DNA from: Cenococcum geophilum
Lineage: Eukaryota
Direction: 5' to 3'
DNA length: 64,000 nt
Assembly (NCBI GenBank): GCA_050273025.1
Contig: CP158635.1
Span: forward strand, 27,280,001-27,344,000
A program made the position numbers and the translations under genes. Shown here one piece after another: positions 12,016 through 25,890 of the stretch. Position 1 is the stretch's first letter. Each line of letters begins with the position of its first letter. The notes under the pieces were generated by a model. It worked only from the letters and a program-made list of their open reading frames with translations, ran no database searches and had not been told where the DNA came from.

Positions 12016-13045
12016 GTAGTAGTAAGTTCTTTGATTAACGTCTGATACGGATCCTATCTAGGCCCACGCAGACTACTCTGTACATAAGGGAAACTTATAA
12101 ATTGATAAGAAGAAAACCCTTGTTGATGTAGGGGACGGAAAAACCCTATGAGCCACCTTAGTAGGATGAAAAACCCCTGTTTTGCTATGTCCGTCCGTAG
12201 CGGCGGCCCTGCGGGCCTACGGCTACGTCCTGTCCTCCTTGGATGATTCGAACTCCTTAGGAACCACTGCTTCCTTCTTTGGCTCATCCAAAGCTAGGGT
12301 TCACTACGTCCTAGCTAGGCCTTGCCGTTCGATTGCTGTGCTTGTGCTTGTAGTTGTGTCCCGTATCTTGACCACCCCCTATATGCTATCTCTTGTTGAC
12401 CATTGCCATATACGCCATGCCTCCCCCCCCTAAGGCCTATCGAAGGCGTAAGGGGGATTTATCCGTTCTACCATCCTAATACTAAAAGACGAAAGCGGGA
12501 TGTGTGTGTGTATCTGGGTATCTTTTGTGCCTAGGCCCCAGTCACTAGGCCCTCTCTAAGGGTACCACTCCGTTGAGAGGAGACAAGGAAAACCGTACGG
12601 GGTTATCTAGCTGCTGCTTTTAGTAGTATTACGGCAGTACGGCGAGTGACCGCATGCTCCGCGGGCGATCGCCCTGGGGGTTAGGAGGGGCCGTATATTT
12701 GCTCGTTCGTTCATTTGTTCGCGTTTACTTGTTTATTAATATAAGGTCATTAATGCTTTCTACTGGGGGACGGGGGATGATATCGAATACCGCGCATCCA
12801 TGTTGGATCGTATAGGTGCCCTGGATAGGAGAATGTAGTAGTCGTCGTATTGTAGAGAGCTAATAGTAGTGGTTTTCAAGATCTCACCATCCGAAAATTT
12901 TTCACCACCGCCCTCAACGCCCACAACCACCACCGGTCCTGTCCGCACGCTATGCAATGTCTCTGCGTTGGCTCTGGATCTAAACTTTGAAGACTAGGTT
13001 TGTAGCCGTCACCACGTACAGGTGCAGAGTCCGATTTCGACGGCC
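12016..13045 (-). mobile_element. ~1-kb non-coding SINE-like retroposon, copy 1 (5' HDV-like ribozyme)
   Basis: 11-bp TSD TACGCGTCCTA (12005-12015) / TATGCGTCCTA (13046-13056). The empty site is visible in A3 near 37281-37300. (TAC)n 3' tail, no TIR or LTR, second copy at 25891-26907. Confidence 0.92.
12961..13045 (-). ncRNA. HDV-like self-cleaving ribozyme (predicted), copy 1
   Basis: GGCCGUC(P1) GAAAUCGGA CUCUGC(P2) ACC(P3) UGUACGU(L3) GGU(P3') GACGGCU(P1', G1.U wobble) AC(P1.1) ..P4.. GCCAAC(J4/2) GCAGAG(P2'). 85 nt; catalytic-C equivalent at 12971. Confidence 0.88.
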
Positions 13046-16000
13046 TATGCGTCCTATAACTCTTAATAGTCTTTAAGTTTTCTAAGTAATTTATTATAGG
13101 GTCTTATATTTAATTTACTACTATAAAGCTTAATAGTAATCTGGTATAGGCCCTTGCTAAGCTTAAGCGTTCTTAAAATGCAGAATAGAAGGCTCTAGAT
13201 ACTCACATTGCGGCATTTACCCGTCTACTTTGTCTTAAAAAAGTGCGTAAGAAGGTCTGTTTTAAGGAGTGGAAACTTATAAAATAGGGTCTTTAGGAAC
13301 TAGGTAATAAGAGAACTAACTCTCCTCCTATAGTAAGGGGAACAACTCTAAGTAGTTTAGCAGTCGCTCTTCCTATATCCCCCTTAGGTAACTTATTCTT
13401 TAATAATCCTTTTTTATTAATATTGCCTAACCTATTTTCTTCTAATACTCCTATACCTTTCCTATAGCATTTTTTAAATTCTTTAGTAGCTCCTAGGTAG
13501 TCTTAGTATAGCCTATTTACTTAACCTTATACTATATTTTATTATTAATGCCCTTATAACTAACAATCTTTAAAACTTACTATTTATCTTCTTCCTAACC
13601 TCTATACGTGTCTGCCTTATAGACTAGTAGCTTAATATTCCTATATACTGGCTCTAGTATTGCGATATACTATATAGGGTAGATCTTTATTTTAGCTAGT
13701 AGGTTTAACTTAAATATAACTAGTGAAATCCTCTATATAATTTTAAAAGGTCCTAGTCTAATATAGTCCAACTTCTTACTTAATTATTAACTTTTAAAAT
13801 TTTTATATAGTAGCTATACTTTATCTCCCTCCTTAAGATCTAGTCCCTTAAATCTCTTAGTATTATAGTACTTTTTTATTCTTTGCTATACTGCTTTAGC
13901 TATTTCCGTAAGGTTTATATAAAGATTTATTAAAGTCTCTATTCTTTACTTAGCTTTACTACTTATTTTCTTTACTTAACGTAGTAATAATAATGTTTTT
14001 AGCTTATATCTATAATTCGCCTTAAATAGTAACGTACCCATTTCTTCTTATAGTATTATATTATATACAAACTATATAACTAGTAATAGCGATACCTAAT
14101 TGTTCTATACGTAATTAATATAATGCCTTAGATACTATTCTAGTGTCTAGTTTAATCTTTCTATTTAACCGTCTGTCTACGGATAATATACGGTAGAAGT
14201 TACTACTTAAACTCCTTGTTCCGCTAAGAATACCTCCTAAAATACTGCTATAAATCTTAGATCCCTATCTAATATAATTTTACTTAATACTCTATATCTT
14301 ATAAACACTTCTTTAACATAGATTCTAGCAATATCTTCTGCTAAAATTTCTTCCGTATAAGCTATAAAATATCCCTACTTTATAAGCTTATCTATTATCA
14401 CTAAGATTGCGTTATACTCTTATCTGGTAATAGGATCTCTTAACTTTAGTAACTTAATAATAAAGTCCTATAATATAACCTCCTATAGTCTCTTTAGTAT
14501 TTTAATAGGTTATAGCCCTCTATACGGCTTATACCTTATTAGTTTATTCCTTTAGTAATTTAAACACTCTTTAGTAACTCTTTTAGCTATTTTCTAAATT
14601 CCATTAATAATATACTCCTCCTAAAGTCTTAACACTAAGCCTATAGCTCCATTATATCCTTAAGTTAGTCCCTTATAGAAGTCCTCTATAAACTGCTCTG
14701 CTATACTTCTTAGGATATACTTTACTTCTTAATTTTTGTATATATCTAACTATAGATCTTCTAGCTATGCCTCTAAAATCCTTTATACCTAAAAGCTTTC
14801 TAATATCTTATAGACCTTTTCTAACTTACTCTCTTAAGTTACTATAATTTTTAGATAATTATACCTAATTAGTCTATCTATATCTTTTTATAGTAAAGCC
14901 CCTAATGGCTTATCGTTATTTTATAGTTTAGCCTTTTAACTTAATATATTAGCTTGCGTATTGTCTATACCCTTAGTATACTAAATTTTAAAATAGTATT
15001 CTATAAGTATCTCTGCCCATCTAACCTATCTTTAGTTAAGTTTCTTTATTATTAGGAATCCTATTAGGTTCTTATAATCCGTTTTAACTATAAATAGTTT
15101 TTCTATACCTTGCAAGAATGCTCTTTATTCCTTTAGTATTATAACTATACCTAATAACTCCTTATTATAGATGTTATAGTTTAACTCCGGTAGTATTATC
15201 TTCCAACTATAATATGCCACTAAATGCTATCTATTTAGATGCCTTTATATAAAATATACTTTTAGTATAAAGTCTAATATATCTATTTCTACGACCGTCT
15301 CTAGTTCTAGTTAATAGATTTTAAGAACTAGCTCCTAGGTAAATAACTCTTTAACTTTCTTAAAGAGTTCTTACTATTTCTCTTCCTATACCTATAGTTC
15401 TCCTTTCTTTATTAATTATATAAATGGTTTAATATCCTTTAACCATTACGCTATAAACCTTCTATAGTAATTATAAAACCCTAGAAACAATTTTAACTGC
15501 GTAATATTCTCTAGTTCTTACCAATTCACTATAGCCTTAATCTTCTTTAGATCTATACTAAGTTAGCCTAGTTTAATAATAAATCTAATAAAATTAGTCT
15601 TTCTAGTAAAGAACTCGCATTTCTTAATTACTACTAGCATTTATTCTTCCTATAGTCTCTTTAAGACCCATTTAACGTGTTCTCCATACTCTTTCTTACT
15701 TATTAAGTAGATAATAATATTATTAAGGTATACCATAACAAATTTATCTAAATGTTCTCCTAATATATTGTTAATACGCTTCTAGAATATTGCTAGTGCG
15801 TTTATAAGCCTAAATTGCATAACTAATAGTTTATATAGTCCTTCCTTCGACCTAAAGGCTGCCTTCTATTTGTTGCCTTCTTTAATTCTAATCTAATGGT
15901 ACGCCTATCTTAGATCTATCTTTATAAAGATTTACGCATTACCTATCCTGTCTTAGATTTCGCTAATTAAGGGTAAAGAATACCTATCCTTTTTAGTAAT

Positions 16001-19000
16001 GCTGTTTAACTATCTATAGTCAATATACAGCCTTAGTTTACTATTTTTTTTTAGTATAAATAGTACTAGATAACCCGCTAATAACTGCGATAGTCTAATA
16101 TATCCCTTTTATAAGTTCTCTTAGATAAACTCTTTTAATGCTCTACCTTTTTCTTTGGTAAGCTTATAGATTGGAAAGAACCTTAAACTTATTTCTAGTT
16201 CTAATTCTATTTTATAGTCCTATACTATATATTCTAACAGCTTTTTACTCTTAGGTAACCATAGTTTCTTACTATACTTATAGTATCTTTTTAATACTTA
16301 GCTTAGCCCTTTTTCCATTTCTTTATAGGTCGCTCCTACTTAGTACTATACCAATTTAGCTTATTATCGCATCTTACGGCGTTATATATCTCTAATATTA
16401 ACCTAACCTATAACCTAATTAATCTTTAGATTATATTCTTATAACTAAGGCATTCCTAGTACTGCCTTATTATTCCCTAATAGTAATATATTAAAAAACA
16501 TCTTAACTTATCTTCCTTTAATAGTTAGCTAAGTAGGTCCTATTTTAAGATTAATAATGCCTCCTCCATAGGCTATTAGATCTCCTAAAATTATCACTAA
16601 TAGGTAAGGACGTTCCTTCTACCTATATAGTAACCCTATTCTTTTAACTACTGCTAGCGAGATATAGTTCCTTATTACTCCACTATTTATTAATACCTTA
16701 AACTGTTAATTTTACTATTTAACTTATAAATTTAGGTATTATCCTTAAATTCCTTTAAGGGTCTAAGGCTTTACTACTAGCTTCCTCTAGTTCCGTAGGC
16801 CTTTACTTTTCCTAACTACTAGCTGCTAGATCCTGTTTATACTTAGTTTAACTTAGGCTAATACTTAGTTCGTTTTTTGTCTTTAATATACCATAGATAG
16901 GTATTCTCTAGATATTCCTACCATTGTTATCTATCTAGGCATTCTTCTATAAGAAATCTTCCTAGTTAAAGTACTAAGTCCCCTTATTCTTAAACTTCTA
17001 CTAGGTACTAACTATATATATACTTAGCGTTTTAATACTTCGCCTCGTCCGTTATCCAATTTATCCTTATTAGATACTTCCAATTTTTGTTTTTTAGTGC
17101 TCTATATATATTATACGTATTATCTATATATACTATCTATAATAGTATATAATATGCTTAATGTCTTAGGTTAACTCTTAGTTTGTCTTTATCCTAGAGT
17201 TTAAACCTTTCTTATGTTAATCTAAGCGTTATAACTTTGTTTGTAGGTACTAAGATTCGCCTTTTACTTCTCTAGTCCTCTAATTACTCCTCTAGATCTT
17301 TTAATATTATAATTAAGGCCCCCTTAATATAAGTTATAGCCTTCTCTATAATTAGGTGGTCTTAGATAACTTTCTCGTTTAACCACATATAGAAATCCTC
17401 CCATTTATTATTGTGTCGTTGCCTATACCACTTTTAGTACAGCTGCTTAAGTATATACGGCTCGTCCATAAGGAAATATCTCTTTATTACTGCGTCGTAA
17501 TAGCCTTTAATATGTCGTTCTTTAAACCTAATAGGAATCCCTAGATCCTCTTCTTGTTCCAGTTTAATAAGCCACTTAGCTCTTAGTATGCTTACTCTAA
17601 GCCTATTAGTAATCCTTTATACTAGCGCTCTGTCCCTTATACGTCCTAATATACTAGATTTCCGTTCTTGCTATAAGGTAATTCTTGCCCTAAATTCCTC
17701 TATAGTTTCCTTTACGTCGCGTCTTATAAGTGGATCCTTAAAGTCTTCGTACTTCTTAATCTTAGTATTAACTTTTTAATCTTTAAGCTAAACACTATAT
17801 TCTCCTAGTAAGTCTTTTAGGTCTATATATCTGTCTCCTAGTCTAATTACTATTTGCGCTATAGATTCTCTAATCTATAAAGAAGCTCCTTACCTCTTAC
17901 TTATAGGTGTCCTAATTTATACTCCGAATTCTTAACCCCTTAGATTCTTTAATCCTAAGCTTGCTTCTAACTTAAGCTTAGCTCTAGCCTTAGTCTAACT
18001 AGGCTTTACTAGTGTCCTTATCTCGTCTTAAGAGTCCTAGATTTTACTTATCTCGTCTTAAAAGTCTTATGCTGTTAGGAATTCTTATCCTAAGCTCATT
18101 TATATATCTTTAAACTAAGCTACTGCTCTACTTTATCGGTTTCTATCCGTTATAGGTCTTTAAGCTTACCTCATCTCGTCTTAAAAATCTTAGTCGTCTC
18201 TTATCTTACTGTAAGAATCTTAAGCCTTTAGCCTTTTGCCTTTATTAAGTAGTAAGCTAGCACTAGCAGTTATCTACTTACTTAATCGTCCCTAAATATT
18301 ACTCCTTCCGTCTTATAAAGTGATAGACGCCGTGTCCAACGGTATTATAATACCCGTTACTAAACCTTACTCTATAGCGGTCTTAGTCTCTACTTCTATT
18401 GCGTTATTAAGGTTTAGATACCCCTAGTTAGTTTCTTTACTGTCCTTATTGCTATTAATTAATAAGTACTCTAACTCCATTATTATTATTACTAATTATT
18501 ATCTACATATTGCTGTGACATTTTAATCTAGCTCGTAGAGTTAATCTTATTCTTTATCTAACTCTTTAGTTCCTCTAAGTCCTTTTAACTCTGGTTCTTA
18601 TAGCTAATAGCTTATACTATACTTAGCGTCTTTATAAATTTAGTATACGTTATTATAACAAAACGCAAAACTTTTAATTAAACACTCTTTTGTCCCTTGT
18701 AGTATACTATTATCTCTCTATATATGTGTATTATATACTATTAATCTAGTTCTCTTTATTATATAGTAATTCTAACTATCTTTATAATCCCTCGCGAAGT
18801 AACCCTATTTTTTATAATTTATATAAGCTCCGTTTCTAAACCATTAACTTTGTTATGGAGTCCGCCTAAACGTCTTCTACTATTAAGATCCCTGGTTTAG
18901 CCTCTGCTCCTTAGTCCTGTAATTACTAAATCCTTAACCTCTAGGTTTCCATAGTTTCTTACTCCATCTCTTATAGGCTTCTTTAGTACCACTTAGGTCT

Positions 19001-22000
19001 ATTAGCTCTGCGCTATACTATAGTTTCTAACTTAGCTTTAGTTGTTACGTACTCTACGTCTTATATAACTATAAAACTCTATCCTAGCCTTTCTTAGCCT
19101 GTTCCCTTTAGAAGATCCTATTATTAATCTTAATTGCTTAATCTATTAATTCCCTTAGGGTATCCGCATCTTTTATTAGAATAATTATATCCTAGACTTT
19201 AGCCTTAAGTCCTTGTTTATATTATGCTATAAGCGCCTTATTGTTCCATTTGACCTATATTATAAGTATTTAAAACTATATTATGTACTTAATTGCTAAA
19301 GTTCGCTGTATTAGGTCCTAAAGCTTTCTCTTTACTATAGTTGTTACTTCCGGGTCCCTAAATATCTATATTAATTGTTCCGCGAATTCTACCTAGCTAA
19401 AAAATATAAATTATACCTCTTAATTTGCAGTAGTTATTCCGTTAGTCTATATTTTTATTAAGTAGGGTTTAAACCATTTAAGTGCCCGACCCGTTAGGAA
19501 TAGTCCTGCGTAGGCTATCTAGTCTATTATTATGGCTAACTTGGCCCCTTCTTGCATAACTTTAAAATATATTTATATTAGAAATCCTTTAAGCTTTAAT
19601 CTTTCCCCTAAGAATTATTTAATTAATAGTAACTTAACCTTTACTACTCTAATTCTATTAAGTCTGTTCTTAAGTACCGTATTATTTTCTATTAATTAAT
19701 CCACTATTTCTTATAATTATCCTACTGTTATAGGTTATTGCGAGTCAGTGTCCGCTATACTGGTATCACCCCCTAACCTTAAAGTAGTTGCCGCCGTCAA
19801 TGGCGTTATAGTGGCTGCTTTTAGTGGCATATTGTTTAACTTTTTATATTTAATACCGTAACTATAGTAGTAATTATATAACGAAACCTTGTAGTAGGAA
19901 CTACAATGGGTTCTATTAATAGGCTAGGTGTGTAGGAAATGTAAAGATAGTAGTTAATAACGTAATAATAACTGGTAGAGTGGTTGCCTAATAAATTAAC
20001 TCTAATTATATTCTAAGAATTACTATAAAGAAGGAACTATTTAGGTAGGGACTAAGGGTCCTTAAATACATAACTGTACTCCTATGAAATCCTCCTTATA
20101 CGCGATGTACGTGTTATACATAAGGTACGTAAGTTCCCTTCGTTCCTCGCGTTCCTTACGTAGCACCTTATATAACCTTGGCTACCATTCCTCGTCACAT
20201 AATTCCACGGGTTCCATCCTAGACCGTGCTTGTATTAACTAACTAGCTTCTTCCGACTCCTCTCCAAGTAGTCGTAATATCGTACTTAAAGCGTCCGTAA
20301 TATTAAAGATATCTCCCATCTATAAGTTATTTATTAGAGGTATAGCATTCCTATCTTTAATTTAATAACCTTTATTATCCCTAATACCTTTTATTAGATC
20401 TTTTACGTCTAATTATTATAACCAGCTAATAATATTTATTTTATTACTTAGTAAAGTTATACTATCCTATTCTTATTATACGGAGAAGAAGTTAGTATAT
20501 ATCGCGATTATAGCTCCATTTAGTTACTAACCTTCTTCCTATACTAAGTATACGCGAGTAAATATACGATCGTCCTATAATATTTAATTTATCTCTAATG
20601 CTGAGTATATATATCTTATTATTCTATATAACTATCTAGTTCCTTATCTAATTTCTTCTAGGGTTATACGTGTTAGTAGCGGCTAAAAGACTAGAGAGTA
20701 AGCTAGCCAAGGCCATTACTAAGGTTTAGCGTCGTTTTAATAAGGCATCTTAGGCTCTAAAAGCTTAATTAGATACTTATACTCGCCTATGCCGTCTAGT
20801 AAAGGTCTATAAAAAGGTATACTTAAAAGAGCTTTGTTTAATAAAGTAAGGTCTATCTAAACTTAAGGCTAAAGAGGCTAAAAAGGATTCCTATTAAGTA
20901 GAGGCGGAAACAACTAATATGCTAGTAGTAGATCCCTTAGATAACCCGGCTTATCTATTACCTTTAACTAATCCCTTTATTTTTAGCTTCTTCTTTGTTA
21001 TAGGACGGGGGCAGTGGCTATAAGACGTATGTATTCAAAGAGTCTACAAAACGTTGCGCGATTGATCGTAAGGGTCGAGGGCGTAAGGAGGTAATATATC
21101 TACGCGTAGCTGATATAAGCTGTACGCGAGGTGTACGCGAGAGCACGGGGCTCTCCTATAGAGGCCCCTGCGGTGGGGTTCTATACTACTACCCCCCCTC
21201 CTATAGAGGCGGAGCTCCAGCGACGCTGTGGTTACTATATATATATAAAAGGGACACTTAGGGTATAGAAAAGAAGAAAGGGGGGTATTGCTAAAGGCTT
21301 GAAACAACGTTATATAATAAGGCTTAGCATTTAAGAATCTAACTAATTAGATAACTTTAACCGCCGGTTAAAGTTCCTGGATATCTTAACGATATTCCAG
21401 TCACGTAATCGCACTTTACCGCAATTTAATGGCAATTTAACGGCAATTTACCCCTATATAGTAATATATAACGGTTTAACTCTATAAGGGCTCCCATAGA
21501 GGATTAGGTATAAAATCTCTACTTAGGCCCAGTTTCTATAGGTTCGCGTAATAAAAGTTGCTAATTAAATCCTTTATATTTTTAAAGTCTTCCTATAGTT
21601 GCCATTTTGGCTAATTTATATCGAATCCTATATATATAGCTCTATAGTAGAGCCGTCGTCCTCTACCTTTACCAAAGTATTTAGAGTCAATAATTCGTTT
21701 AACGGTCCACTCCTTATAGTTCTCGTCTTTATTCTTATCTCGGATTAGTACTAGTAGGGGTTTAGGCTATATCTACCCCGGTAAGGGGTTAGGCTAGTAA
21801 AGGTGTAGTAGCTATAGGTAAAATATAGGCCATATCCCGCGGGTAGCTAGGGTAAGTAGGAGCTCTAGCTTATATACGGCTCCCCTATTAATAACTCGTT
21901 TAATTAGGTAGGGGCTAAGGTTCTTATAATTAAGTAACTTTATAGGCCTCTATATAGAGATATTGCGTATATTTAGCCATACCTAGTCGCTAACACGTAT

Positions 22001-25000
22001 CTCCAGTGGTGGCGTTCTATAACAGTCAGCAAAGTAGGCCTGCTTTACTTAAGCCTAGGCCATTTCTCCCTTATAGTAGTCGAGTAGATTTTTCATATAG
22101 TCTGCATGCTAGTTAGCAAGTAGTATCTTAAGGCGTTTTCTATATAGCAGTTTCTTATTAATAGGTTCTAGTGGTTCTATGCCGGATCAGGGGTAATATC
22201 CCTTATTCGCGAAGAACGAGGTAAGTCCTATAGTAGTTAAGACATAGTTATTCGCTACGAATTTACCTAGTAGAAGGTAATCCACCCAGTCATCTTAACT
22301 ATAGGCGACTACCTATCGTAGGTACGCTTTTATACTAGTATTAGCGTTTTCCGGTTACCTAGCAGTTTTATAGTAAAAGGATATAGATATCTTAATAGAG
22401 ATACCAAGGCGTTGGCAGATTCGTCTCTATACGTTAGAGCTAAACTATATGCCTTAGTCGGAGGTAATTAAGTTAGGTATCACGGCTTAAATAAATACCT
22501 CTAAACCGAAGCTTAAACGAATACTGTATTACAAAGATACTAAGCTAAAGAGAAGGAAAAGGAGTCGCTAGGACCGATGTAAACAAATATATAGGGTAAG
22601 CCGCCAAGGCGCTAGCTTTAGGCGGGCTAATCGCAGGTCGGCAGAATATAGCAGAATTTAGCAGGTAACGTGCGATAGCGCCATTACATTACCCCCCTCT
22701 TTAAAAGAAAGCCTACCCTTAGGCTTAGTTAGAAAAAATAGGGTAGCACTAGGCTTATAAACGTAGGATTATAAAAATATAAGATAAGGAGATAAAGGGG
22801 ATATAAGTCCGTCCTAACTAAGTATAAAGGGCGATTGTAGGCTAAGTGGAAGCACTAGGCTAGAAAGAGTAGCCGCTAGGTTTTAGCACGGATCTAACTA
22901 ATTAGACAACTTCAACTGGCGGTTAAAGTTCCTAAATATCTGAAATTTTACGGTACTGGCAGAAAACGGCAGAATATAGCAGAATTTGGCAGATAGCTAT
23001 ATTAGGGCTTTAGGGCGTTTTTATCCCTATATTCTTCCAGTAACTTATTGTCTTTATTATACTAATATTCTATCTATTTATCTAGGTACTTTAGGGGTCT
23101 AGGCGCATTAGGGTATTAGTTATAGAATTCTTTAAGCTTCTAGGGGTAGCCTATAAAGTTCTATATAGGGTACTAGGTTAGGTTAGGATTGTAGCCCTTC
23201 CATTAAATACGGTATTTTAGCGCTCCCCATACTATCTTGCAGGCTAGCATTTTATTAACCTCCTATTTATTATTACCGTTTACTTAAACTAGTAGGGGAG
23301 GCTCGTTCTTTTATCTAGGTAATAAGTTATTTATAGCTTTCCGTAACTTATCTAGTAAGAAGATAGGGTAAACCCTAATTAAGTCTAGGAGCTTTATCTT
23401 ATATAAGTTGCCTATCTTCTTAAGAACCTTATATGGTCCTGCCATCTAGTAGTCTAGCTTATAGCTAGGTCGTTTAGTCCTCTAATTCCTTGTTATAACC
23501 CAGACTATATCGCTAGGGGTAAAATCGGGCTCTTAACGGTGTTTATTCGCCTGCTGTTTTATTAACCTTTAAGCTTTTTCTAAGTTCTCGCGGGCTACCA
23601 TCTAGGCCTCCTCTAATCGTTTGGCGTACTATTAGGCCTTAGTATAGGATAGCTTCTCTTATACAGTCTAGGGTTCTTCTAGCCTTTTTTAGTTAAAGCT
23701 TATATAGGGTAAGTATCCCATTTTTAGCTAAATTAGGGTAAACCCTGTGGAGTTATGGGGTAGGGTTGCTTACGCGTAGTCCATTAAGGGTAGTAGTTTA
23801 GACCAGTTATCCTAGAAATAGTTAATAAAGGGCCTAAACCTCTAGTCCAGGTACTAATTTATAATCTCTATCTAACCGTCTATTTAGGGGTAATAAGCTA
23901 TAAAAAGCTTTAGCTTAATACCTAGGATTTAGGTAAACTTATTCTAAAAGGCTAATATAAATTATAGCCTATAATCGGATATAATAGTATCTAGTAGTTT
24001 ATAGATTTGGTAGACGTAATAGATATATAGCTAGGCTGCCTCTTTAGTATTAATGTTCTTATAACATAAAATTAAGAACGGGCGTTTACTAAAGCGGTTA
24101 ACTATAACTATAACTATATTATATCCGTTACGGTCCCTAGGTAGTTTATAGAAGTCTATAAAGATATACTACTAAGGGCGCTCTAGTATTAGGAGTAGCT
24201 TAAGTAGTCCTAGGGTTTTATCCCGTGGGATTATAGCTCTCTAGTAGTCTTCGCAGTTTTATATATATTAATTAATATCCGCAACCATTCTTAGCTAGTA
24301 GTAGTGGTAGTTAATAATTTTATGGGTCTTATTCTTACCAGGGTATGCTATAGAGACTTAGTAATAAGCTTTGCGGATTAGTTTAGTCTATAGATTATCG
24401 ATATTAGGGACTATAAGCCGCTCTTAGTATAGGAGCAATCCTTCCTTCGTCTTAAAATCGGGGTTTCCTTTCGCGGCTTATTCGCGGAGGGCCCTTAGGG
24501 CGTTAGCCGTGCGGTTTATAGTTAGGAGGCGGTTAATTAGCCCTATTAGCTTATCTAAGGACTCCTCTATTAGTGCTAGCTCGTTTTACTAGGAGTCTAG
24601 CTCCTTAAAGATCCGCGGGTTAAGCTATTCTAGATAAAGGAGGGCGCGCGTCCAATATTAGGTCTTTAGCTTATCCTAGGGTCCTATATCTTATTCTCTT
24701 TAGGTTAGGGCATTAGCCTTAAAGTTTTGCTTATTAGAACGATATATAATCGTAAAGAAGAATTAGGAGAGTATTTTGGCCTACTAGGCTTATTGCCCTA
24801 TAAGCTGCTTTATAGTTATAAAGTACTCTAGGGCTTTATAATCTATATATATCTTAATCCGGGAGTTCGTACCTTTAAGCTCTATACGCTATTAGAAAAG
24901 TAATTAAATAATAGCTAGCATTTCTTTATTATATACTTTATAGTTACACTTAGCCGGGTCTATTATCTTTAAAAAAAAGCTATAGGGTACTATTCGCCGT

Positions 25001-25890
25001 CTAGATATAACTGTAATAGGATTCCTACTACGACCCTATTAAAGGCGTCTATTTTTAGTATTAATTTAAGGTCTAGGTTATAGTAATAAAGGATTAGGGA
25101 AGAGATAAGCCAATTCTTTACCTCTTTAAAGGCCTTTATATAGCTATTATTAAAGACAAAAGGTGTGTCCTTCCTAGTTAGTTATATAAGAGGTTTTACT
25201 ATAATTCCGTAGTTACGGATAAACTGGCGGTAGAAATTATAAAAACTAAGAAAGGACTAGATTCCTTTTACTATATAAGGGGGCTTCTAGTTACGGATTG
25301 CCTCTACCTTCTTAGGGTTAACCTTAATTCCTTTTATAGTTATGATAAACCTAAGGTATTTTATACATTTTACCCTAAACTCGCATTTCTTAATATTAAC
25401 TTATAAGCCCGCATTCTGTAGTCTCTCTAGGACCTTCTTAATATAAACTTAATACTTAAGTTCGTTATCTAAGTATATAAGAATATTATCTAGGTATGCT
25501 GTGTAGAATTTGTTGAGGTAATTAAAAAGAACGTTATTTATATACCTTTAGTACGTAGCTAGTCCGTTTATTAGTCTAAAAAAAGAACTTTATATTTATA
25601 GGAACTATAGCGGGTACGGAACGTTATTAAATCTTTAGATATAGGGTTTATTCTAATTTGGTAGAAAGCTTAGCGGATATTAAGTTTAGTAAAGATCTTT
25701 ACCTAGCTTAAATATATAAGGGTTTTATTAATTAAAGGAATAAGATACTGGTCCTTTTAAGTAATAGCATTTAGCTTTTAATAGTTAATATAAAAATAAA
25801 GGCCTCTATTAGGCTTTTTTACGAACAGGATAAGGGAAGTAAAAAGGGCTTAACTTAGCTTAATAAACCCTTTATCCAGGTTGTTAATTA

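Larger units (their letters stand above)
11241..20302 (-). mobile_element. Full-length Gypsy/chromovirus family A copy A2 (RIP-degraded)
   Basis: 426-bp LTRs at 11241-11666 and 19877-20302; 5-bp TSD TTAAA. Degenerate gag-PR-RT-RH-INT-chromodomain on minus strand. Colinear with A3 apart from the SINE insertion. Confidence 0.93.

Noticed and set aside
12240..12285. Pol III B-box-like GAGTTCGAATC on the minus strand of the SINE (tRNA-derived SINE?)
   Set aside because: It lies ~790 nt from the 5' end, no convincing A box or cloverleaf is present, and copy 2 differs (GAGTTCAAACA).
12054..12957. Short ORFs inside the SINE copies
   Set aside because: Not conserved in frame between the two copies, and no recognisable RT or endonuclease motifs.
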